Positions 46,390 through 53,350 of a stretch of 64,000 nucleotides of DNA are shown in pieces. Source of the stretch: an uncultured Thermoplasmatales archaeon (GTDB lineage Archaea > Thermoplasmatota > Thermoplasmata > Thermoplasmatales > GCA-001856825); the NCBI GenBank assembly GCA_964389625.1, contig CAYMEF010000001.1, positions 5,880-69,879 on the forward strand. The letters are read 5' to 3'. The notes beneath the pieces are model-generated. The model saw nothing but the letters and a program-made list of their open reading frames with translations, was not told the DNA's origin and searched no databases. Both the position numbers and the translations under genes were made by a program. Every line of letters starts with the position of its first letter. Position 1 is the first letter of the stretch.

Positions 46390-47426
46390 CAGACGAACAT
46401 CTCGAGGTTACCTTTTCCTTGAGTGGATCTATTCCTCTGGACATTCATTTTATCTACTCCGTTTGCGAGATCCGATTGAATTATGTGGTCCCTCCCATCC
46501 CTGATTGCGAACATACCTCCCTCCACAACTGAAGCCCTTATATCGGCCCCGGAGAAACCCTCAGTAATCTCTGATATCTTCTCCAGATTCACATCTTTGA
46601 GGTTCATTTTCTTGGTATGGATCTTGAGTATCTCCACTCTACCCTTCTTGTCTGGTAGTGGTATCTCAATTATCCTGTCGAATCTACCTGGCCTTGTGAG
46701 AGCTTCGTCTAGAGTGTCTGGCCTGTTTGTGGCCCCGACGAGCTTTATGTTCCCCAGTGGCTCGAATCCATCTATCTCTGCGAGCAGCTGCATTAGAGTT
46801 CTTTGGACTTCCCTGTCTCCGGACGTGGAGGAGTCTATTCTTCGTGATCCTATCGCATCCAACTCGTCTATGAATATTATTGAGGGAGCCTTCTTCCTGG
46901 CTAGATCAAACAATTCTCTAACTAGCCTTGCGCCCTCGCCAATGTATTTTCGGACTAGCTCAGAGGCGACCACCCTAATGAAAGTCGCATTTGTGCTGTT
47001 TGCAACTGCCTTTGCAAGAAGAGTCTTCCCCGTCCCGGGTGCTCCCACCAGAAGGACACCGGTAGGTGGTTCTATACCTACCTTCTTGAAAATGTCCGGA
47101 TTTAATAGTGGAAGCTCGACCATTTCTTTGACCTCTCTTATCTGCTGTTCTAGGGCCCCGATCTCGTTGAAAGTCACGTTTGGTTTTTCTGCAATCTCTG
47201 CAGCAACTACTGTGGGATCGTATGCCTCTGGGATTACTGAAATAACAGAAAGTGTTGCTTTATTAAGCGCTACCCTCGTTCCCACCGTGAGCTTAGTTGT
47301 AGGAATGTGCTCCGATGTGTAAACAAGGAAACTCGGTCCAGTCGAACTCCTTATGACCACCCTTCTCTCATCAATTACGTCCTCTATGGAACCTATCAGG
47401 AGCGGCGGTAGTTTTAACCTATTCAT
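46389..47426 (-). CDS. pan: Proteasome-activating nucleotidase (PAN, AAA+), called from the first ATG with the 5' end unresolved
   Basis: OB-domain region, Walker A GAPGTGKTLLAKA, Walker B IIFIDELDA. Coiled-coil coding continues in frame to 47573 with no ATG/GTG/TTG (see findings). Confidence 0.85.
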   Translation of the reverse strand: MNRLKLPPLLIGSIEDVIDERRVVIRSSTGPSFLVYTSEHIPTTKLTVGTRVALNKATLSVISVIPEAYDPTVVAAEIAEKPNVTFNEIGALEQQIREVKEMVELPLLNPDIFKKVGIEPPTGVLLVGAPGTGKTLLAKAVANSTNATFIRVVASELVRKYIGEGARLVRELFDLARKKAPSIIFIDELDAIGSRRIDSSTSGDREVQRTLMQLLAEIDGFEPLGNIKLVGATNRPDTLDEALTRPGRFDRIIEIPLPDKKGRVEILKIHTKKMNLKDVNLEKISEITEGFSGADIRASVVEGGMFAIRDGRDHIIQSDLANGVDKMNVQRNRSTQGKGNLEMFV

Positions 47427-47550
47427 CTCCTTCTTTAGCCTTTCTATCTCTTCCGTTAACCTCTTGTTCTCAAGCTCCGCATACCTCTTCTCCTCCTCAG
47501 CGGTCCTGAGTTGTCTTAGGACTTCCTCGACATCATTATATCCATCTATG

Positions 47551-47580
47551 TCGTCGTCAGTCTTCGTCAGTCGTCACCAG
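47551..47580 (-). repeat. Three imperfect tandem 10-mers at the pan 5' end
   Basis: Minus strand reads CTGGTGACGA / CTGACGAAGA / CTGACGACGA. The unit length of 10 is not a multiple of 3. Confidence 0.8.
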
Positions 47581-47599
47581 GGTCTAAAACTAGACTCGT

Positions 47600-47607
47600 T
47601 ATTTAAA
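47600..47607 (-). promoter_or_regulatory. Putative TATA box of pan
   Basis: TTTAAATA on the minus strand, centred about 26 nt upstream of GTG 47577. Confidence 0.5.
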
Positions 47608-47964
47608 GATTTGTTCATGAGTGCGTATAATGGATTAGAGCGTTTCGATCTCAGTGATCAAGTATACAATTTTTCCACATTTGATAGATTTCTCTACTTC
47701 CGCTTTTCTTACCCTCATTCTGTTGTGAGCAGACTTGACCTAGGTCTAAGGACGTTTAGTGGTTTTCGGTATGTTATAAAGCAGAAATACAATGACCGGT
47801 TAAACTTTTTAATAGAGTCCAAAGACGAACAACAACGAGACTCCAGGAATCCGTTTCCTCCGGGGACAGACTCCCTTACCACTGATAGGAACGGTTCGAG
47901 TTGCTGAGGGTTCCACTTTAGAACACCAGAGGTAAAAAGTGCCAGGTAACCAGACTTCGGATAG

Positions 47965-48601
47965 AGGCTAGGACTATCATCCAAATCTGAAGATCTAGGA
48001 TCAACTGGTAGAGATAGGTGCAGAATTCTACAATGGAGGCTGGGTGTACGGGCCAAGAGGGAAGCTTTAGTGCAGTAGTCGAAACAAATCCCCTCAAAGT
48101 TGCAATCACTGCATCCGGAGTTGACAAGAGCATGCTCTCTCATTCGAAGATGATAGAAGTCGATTAGAATAGCAACACTTTGTGAGGATCTTTACACCCC
48201 CTAGTGAGACCCAGTTGCACCTAGCCATCGTGCGTGCTGTTTAGGCTGGAGCAGTTTTCCATACTCATTCTGTTTGGGAAACGATACTATCAAAGAAATA
48301 CTGGGCCAGGGTAGGAATAAAGCTCTCCGACTTCGTAATGCTTAAATGACTCGAGAATGTCGCCACTCACGAGCACAAGGAGTGGCTGCCCATCATTGAC
48401 AACTCTCAGCTTATGGATCTTGTCTCAGGATGGGCGTTTGGAATTTTGCGCTCGGGAAGGAACGTTCATGGACTTATGTTGAGGAGACACAGTCATCACA
48501 CCTATGGCAAAACAATCGAAGATGCGAATAGACACTCCGAAGTTATCGAGTTTATACTCGGGGTCGTAGGTAGAACTCTGCAGAAAGAGGATAGGGTGTG
48601 A
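47965..48601 (+). pseudogene. Class II aldolase/adducin-family (MtnB-like methylthioribulose-1-P dehydratase) pseudogene
   Basis: Plus-strand segments GSFSAVVETNPLKVAITASGVDKSMLSHSKMIEVD, FTPPSETQLHLAIVRAV*AGAVFHTHS and LMLRRHSHHTYGKTIEDANRHSEVIEFIL follow the family order. Interrupted by TAG 48165 plus a frame change, TAG 48242 and TGA 48347. Confidence 0.55.
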
Positions 48602-48831
48602 ACAAAACGGCGATTGTAAAAATAGAGGGAGTAGAGCGGGAGAGCGAAAGTTACAGAAAGATAGCAAACTCCAGATCACTTGCAACGGATGATTTCGTGT
48701 TCTTTTCAGGCTCCATCCCCGAGCTTGAAGCGACAAGGTGTGCCGGCATGAATGTCTGTCTCCTTTCCAGAAGGGAGGAGAGTGCTGTGAATATTACTTT
48801 CTCTCCGCCGATGGGATCCTTGACGAAATAG
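48598..48831 (+). pseudogene. HAD-family enolase-phosphatase (MtnC/E1-like) C-terminal fragment; about 150-170 N-terminal codons missing
   Basis: KIEGVERESESYRKIANS...FVFFSGSIPELEATRCAGMNVCLLSR matches the conserved FDT.IG.K.E..SYRKIA...LFLSD...E..AA..AG pattern. The DxDxT nucleophile region is absent. Confidence 0.5.
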
Positions 48832-48849
48832 ACGATTGGACCGATCTCT

Positions 48850-50196
48850 CTAGCGATTCGCTGGCTCCTGGTGCTGGATCTTGGATGAGGGCATTCTCTG
48901 TCTAGATTCGATCGCGAAGTAGACAAGCCCCGCAACAATGAATCCGACAAAGTAGCTTATATCGCTTCCACCGAGGAATCTGGACAAAACAAAAGTATAG
49001 TTGAAGTCCCCTAAGTACACATTCATGAAAGGTACTGACGCCCCCAACCCAACCAGATAAGCTATGACCCCACTCCACTTCATTCCCTTCTCAAAACTTA
49101 GTTTCTGTTTCTTGAGCAAAAGGAAGTCTACGACGAGAATCGCAACCCATGGTGATATCCAATAGTCCAAAACAAGAAGAAACGACTGGAAGAAGTTGTA
49201 AAACCCTTGGTAAAAGAGGATAGATGGGACAAGTCCCACCAGTGCGACGAGCCCGACGAATTTTGTCCTGCTCAACTTGATACCTCCCACCAGTCCAGAT
49301 AGAGAGGCGGAGTAAAGATTCAGTACATTGGCAGCGACGCCTCCAAGTGCTATCGTGATCAGTGACAAGGGATACAAGGATCCAGAAACCGCCTTGAGTG
49401 AGGAGATTGAGGATCCACTGAGGATTTCGAAAGATATTACAAGTGCCACTATTTCGACGAACGACGTGGATATGAACGATCCAAGGAATGTGTTTGAGAA
49501 CACCTTCCGGAGAGAGACGTTCTGAGGCAGATAACGGGAATAATCTGATGCATAAGGTCCCCAGCTCATAAGGTAGCTGTAAGAGAGAGCTATCATTCCG
49601 AAGAAAGAGAAATTGACCGTTGTTGAAGAGAGAGATAGGCCGACAACCGTGTGAAGGGAAGGAGAGGGGAAAAACAGAATCTTGACGAGCACAATGACAA
49701 AAAGTACTCCCAAAACGTATGAAAGAATCCTCTCAACTCTGTGAATAAAATTGTGTCCTAGATAGGCTACAACATACACAATCAAGACGAAGATCGGAAC
49801 GAGGATAAGGTAGGATGTCCCGAAAATCAGATAGAGTGCTGACACACTTAGAATGTTGTTGACTATGAACCATCCACCCGTGTTGGATAGGTTGACTATT
49901 CCGAATACTCTCATTACCCGTCTTCCCATCGAGTTTGTTGTCCCCATCATCTGTGGATATCCAGTTTTTGGACCCATCATCGCAGAAAAACCAACGATGA
50001 CTGCTCCCAGAACGTTCCCAATGACTATCGATAATATCGAGCTCACAAAGTTCATTCCCATTTCCCATGGGAGAAACCCGAGAGCGAAGTCCGCGATCGT
50101 CAGATTGGCAGCGAACCAGAGTGTAAACAAAGATCTGGGTTTCCCCTGTCTCGATTCGGTGGGTATCCTTTGGATCCCGATGCTTTCGAGTGACAC
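48850..50196 (-). CDS. NCS1-family permease (cytosine/purine/uracil/thiamine/allantoin type)
   Basis: 448 aa, 12 TM segments, N-terminal PRSLFTLWFAANLTI motif. GTG start. Confidence 0.8.
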   Translation of the reverse strand: MSLESIGIQRIPTESRQGKPRSLFTLWFAANLTIADFALGFLPWEMGMNFVSSILSIVIGNVLGAVIVGFSAMMGPKTGYPQMMGTTNSMGRRVMRVFGIVNLSNTGGWFIVNNILSVSALYLIFGTSYLILVPIFVLIVYVVAYLGHNFIHRVERILSYVLGVLFVIVLVKILFFPSPSLHTVVGLSLSSTTVNFSFFGMIALSYSYLMSWGPYASDYSRYLPQNVSLRKVFSNTFLGSFISTSFVEIVALVISFEILSGSSISSLKAVSGSLYPLSLITIALGGVAANVLNLYSASLSGLVGGIKLSRTKFVGLVALVGLVPSILFYQGFYNFFQSFLLVLDYWISPWVAILVVDFLLLKKQKLSFEKGMKWSGVIAYLVGLGASVPFMNVYLGDFNYTFVLSRFLGGSDISYFVGFIVAGLVYFAIESRQRMPSSKIQHQEPANR

Positions 50197-50225
50197 CTAC
50201 GAACATGTGTTCGTACTCTAAATAG

Positions 50226-50624
50226 TTAGTCTTTGAATATGTACCACGACCCCGTGGCATATGCACACAATTTCCCCTCGCCGTCGAAAACTTCAACCTT
50301 CGCAACACAAATGTTCTTGCCTTTTCGGATAACCTGACCAACAGCTCTTGCAGGCGATTTGGAAATTGGACGGAGGAAGTTAATGTCGAGATTCGTTGTA
50401 ACCTGGTTCTTCTTGCCTATGGACAAGACCGCAGTTCCGCCTGCCATATCGACCAGAGAGCAGATTACTCCTCCGTGTACTATATTCCCGAGCCTCATGT
50501 GCTTCTCTTCGAGGATGAGTGTTGACTCCGATTTACCATCGTCGATAATTTTCGATTTAATACCCAGGAGGCTGGAATAAGGATCTTTGTTGACCAAGTG
50601 TTCCATTATGTCGCGCTCATCCAT
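50226..50624 (-). CDS. PaaI-type hotdog-fold thioesterase
   Basis: GNIVHGGVICSLVDMAGG motif, 132 aa. Confidence 0.8.
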   Translation of the reverse strand: MDERDIMEHLVNKDPYSSLLGIKSKIIDDGKSESTLILEEKHMRLGNIVHGGVICSLVDMAGGTAVLSIGKKNQVTTNLDINFLRPISKSPARAVGQVIRKGKNICVAKVEVFDGEGKLCAYATGSWYIFKD

Positions 50625-50660
50625 AAATCGAAATACGTAACTGCTATATTAACGAGATTT

Positions 50661-51278
50661 ATGCGACAGGATCAAAAGAAATCGTGGGATAGAGAATATA
50701 GACTGAGGGGGAAGCTATGGAGGGGCAGGCTCAAGGAGGGCGAGATCTACGAAGACAATCTCCTTCCCGGCACGACGCTGGATAACGGTTGCGGCAATGG
50801 TAAGGGCACCCCGATGGTTAGAGGCGTCATTGGGTTGGATTTCTCAAAATTCGCACTCCGCCTTTATGAAGGCGAAAATAAGGTCCTGGGGGACATTGTG
50901 CACCTCCCATTCAAGGACGGGACGTTCTCCAACGTACTGTTTGTTCATTCCCTGGACCACATGGACAGAGTGGAGCGGAAACAGGCACTTGCAGAAGCTG
51001 CAAGGGTGCTCAAGGACTCTGGTGTACTACTTGTGAGGGTGTTCTCTAGGCAGGATTTCAGGTTTGGCAAGGGGAAGGAAACTGAAGATGGCACCTTCCT
51101 GCGAGGCACCAAAATAACGACACACTACTTCGACAGGGAAGAGTTTTTTGAGAGCTCACTATTTAAGGTAACTAAAACTGTAGATATAAATTACGAAGTT
51201 AAAATACAAAATAACAGATTTAATAGAAGAGAATTTATTATAATTTTAGTTAAATGTAAATCAGGAAATATCCAATAA
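50661..51278 (+). CDS. Class I SAM-dependent methyltransferase
   Basis: LDNGCGNGKG (motif I) and FSNVLFVHSLDHM. Start re-called to ATG 50661. Confidence 0.7.
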   Translation: MRQDQKKSWDREYRLRGKLWRGRLKEGEIYEDNLLPGTTLDNGCGNGKGTPMVRGVIGLDFSKFALRLYEGENKVLGDIVHLPFKDGTFSNVLFVHSLDHMDRVERKQALAEAARVLKDSGVLLVRVFSRQDFRFGKGKETEDGTFLRGTKITTHYFDREEFFESSLFKVTKTVDINYEVKIQNNRFNRREFIIILVKCKSGNIQ

Positions 51279-51355
51279 TGTTGCTCCGAACTGCTTTATA
51301 GCGGACTTCTTTGCAAATCAATATATATGCGTTCAACGTATAGGTTAAAGAGGCT

Positions 51356-53350
51356 ATGGAAGACTATACAGCTAAGGACATAGTAGTGCTAGAAGGACTC
51401 AAGGCAGTTCGAAAAAGACCTGCCATGTACATAGGGAGTACAGACATCCGAGGTTTGCACCAACTCTTGCAGGAAATTCTTGATAATAGCATTGACGAAG
51501 CGATGGGCGGTTTTTGTAAGAATATATGGGTCACCGTCAAGGGTAAAACGGTAACTATTGAAGACGATGCTAGAGGAATCCCGGTTGACATTCATCCAAA
51601 ATATAACAAACCAGCTTTGGAGATCGTGCTCACTGAACTCCACTCCGGAGGAAAATTCGAACAGAAGGCCTACAAGGTTTCAGGGGGTCTACACGGTGTA
51701 GGTATGCACGTAGTAAATGCCCTCTCTTCAACATTCGAGGTGTTTGTAAAGAGAGACGGATTAGTTTACCACCAAGGCTATTCAAAGGGGGAGAAGCTCA
51801 CCCCAGTCGAAAAAGTCGGGAAGATAGTGGATGGGAAACCGATCTGGACCCGCGCAATCAACACGAATTTCCACTTCACTTCTCAAACCGGTACACTGAT
51901 CAGCTTCGAACCAGATGAAACAATAATGGAGACATCGGAGTATTCACTAGAAACCGTGAGGGGAAGGATTGAGGAGTTGTCGTATCTGAACAAGGGACTG
52001 ACCATCACCCTTGACTGGAATGGAAGCATCAGCACATTCCAGCACGAGGGGGGAATAGAGGAAATGGTCAGGAACATGAACAAGGGGAAGAAGACCCTAC
52101 ACGATGACGTGATTTACGGACAGATCAGGTTCAATGGAGAGATGAAGGACATAACCAGGAACAACAAGAACAATGATGATTCGAAGGGAGAAGATTATCA
52201 ACCCAGTACATACATAGAATTTGCTATTCAGTACAATGAGTCCGTGAGCGAGAATCTCCTTGCCTTCGCTAATGACATCAACACGAGAGAGGGGGGCTCG
52301 CACGTATCGGGATTTAAGGGAGCCCTGACCAAGGTCTTGAACGATGAGGCCAAGAGACAGGAGATAATAGAAGAAGAGAATTTCTTCACGGGGGAAGACG
52401 TAAGGGAAGGTCTCACTGGGGTAATAAGTGTAAAGATACCCGAACCCCAATTTGAGGGGCAAACCAAGGAGAAGCTTGGAAACAGCAACGTAAAAGGAAT
52501 GGTCTTCAGTGGAGTGGCCGAACACCTAAAGCTATACTTCGAAGATCACCCAAGGGTTTCAGAAATAATTTGTAAGAAGGCATACCAAGCCGCCGAGGCC
52601 AGAGAGGCTGCCAGAAATGCAAGGGAAATGGTAAGATCTAAGTCCTCTCTAAACGCAACACTGCCGGGAAAACTCGCAGACTGCACCCTTGAAGATCCGG
52701 AGAAGACAGAGCTCTACATAGTGGAGGGAGACTCCGCTGCCGGCCCTGCAAAGCAGGGAAGGGACAGGTCATACCAGGCAATTCTTCCGCTAAGAGGGAA
52801 GATACTCAACGTTGAGAAAGCGGCGTGGGACAAACTTCTAAAGAACAACGAAGTTAAGAATCTGTTCTCAGCAATCAATATGGGTCCGAACGATCCTTAC
52901 GATCCCAAGAAGCTGAGATACGGTAAGATCATTTTCATGACAGATGCGGATGTCGATGGGAGTCACATTCGAACGCTCCTGTTGACGCTCTTCTATAGGT
53001 ATCTTAATGACCTCATCATCCATGGGCACGTCTACATCGCAGTTGTACCGCTGTTTAGGGTCCAGAAGGGAGCCGCGGTCAACTACGTCTATACGGAAAA
53101 GGCAAAGGATGCTCTAATAAAGCAGCTTTCGAACCCAATCGTGCAGAGATTCAAGGGTCTTGGAGAAATGAATCCGGATCAGCTATGGGAGACTGCAATG
53201 AACCCAGAAACAAGGAAACTTGTCAGGGTCCAGATCGAGGATGCCCAAGCAGCCGATGCACTCTTTACCCTGTTGATGGGCGAAGAAGTTGAACCAAGAA
53301 GAGACTACATAATAACTCACGCTAATGAAGCCCAGAACATAGATGTGTGA
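51356..53350 (+). CDS. gyrB: DNA gyrase subunit B
   Basis: GHKL ATPase motifs ([23 protein letters not shown]), Toprim [17 protein letters not shown]. Confidence 0.95.
   Translation: MEDYTAKDIVVLEGLKAVRKRPAMYIGSTDIRGLHQLLQEILDNSIDEAMGGFCKNIWVTVKGKTVTIEDDARGIPVDIHPKYNKPALEIVLTELHSGGKFEQKAYKVSGGLHGVGMHVVNALSSTFEVFVKRDGLVYHQGYSKGEKLTPVEKVGKIVDGKPIWTRAINTNFHFTSQTGTLISFEPDETIMETSEYSLETVRGRIEELSYLNKGLTITLDWNGSISTFQHEGGIEEMVRNMNKGKKTLHDDVIYGQIRFNGEMKDITRNNKNNDDSKGEDYQPSTYIEFAIQYNESVSENLLAFANDINTREGGSHVSGFKGALTKVLNDEAKRQEIIEEENFFTGEDVREGLTGVISVKIPEPQFEGQTKEKLGNSNVKGMVFSGVAEHLKLYFEDHPRVSEIICKKAYQAAEAREAARNAREMVRSKSSLNATLPGKLADCTLEDPEKTELYIVEGDSAAGPAKQGRDRSYQAILPLRGKILNVEKAAWDKLLKNNEVKNLFSAINMGPNDPYDPKKLRYGKIIFMTDADVDGSHIRTLLLTLFYRYLNDLIIHGHVYIAVVPLFRVQKGAAVNYVYTEKAKDALIKQLSNPIVQRFKGLGEMNPDQLWETAMNPETRKLVRVQIEDAQAADALFTLLMGEEVEPRRDYIITHANEAQNIDV

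Noticed and set aside
47635-47718. A 27-aa minus-strand ORF, MRVRKAEVEKSIKCGKIVYLITEIETL, just upstream of the pan promoter.
   Set aside because: It looks coding-like, but it is too short, has no recognisable family or promoter, and lies within a region of decayed sequence. It cannot be supported.
47353-47907. The 184-aa plus-strand ORF overlapping the pan 5' region.
   Set aside because: Its first two thirds are low-complexity Ser/Leu/Phe sequence antisense to the pan coiled-coil codons. Only the last part might belong to an unassigned relic.
47835-48180. Possible RNase P or SRP RNA. AAAGUGCCAGGUAAC resembles the RNase P CR-II/P8 region, CCAGGAAUCCG loosely resembles GAGGAAAGUCC, and there are no good ORFs.
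   Set aside because: The motifs are in the wrong order. No CR-IV/CR-V (ACAGAA..CGGCUUA) and no P4 pairing partner are present, and the supposed P8 arms are not complementary. The plus strand is better explained as the frameshifted mtnB-like relic and neighbouring coding fragments.
48347-48349. In-frame TGA codons (48347, also 6013) as selenocysteine or stop-codon recoding.
   Set aside because: TGA terminates many intact genes here (gyrB, lipA, pntA and others). The same relic also carries two in-frame TAGs and one or more frameshifts. No SECIS-like context is evident.
47715-48950. Minus-strand track ORFs 47715-48143 (142 aa), 47918-48133, 48425-48736 and 48651-48950, considered as real genes.
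   Set aside because: Their composition is Ser/Leu/Pro/Cys-rich, unlike the rest of the proteome, and purine-first codon periodicity is poor. They are antisense to plus-strand segments carrying recognisable class II aldolase and enolase-phosphatase motifs.
51356-53350. A possible intein or large insertion in GyrB (664 aa, low-complexity [15 protein letters not shown] segment).
   Set aside because: It is only a short hydrophilic loop expansion. There is no Cys/Ser...HN splice junction and no intein blocks.
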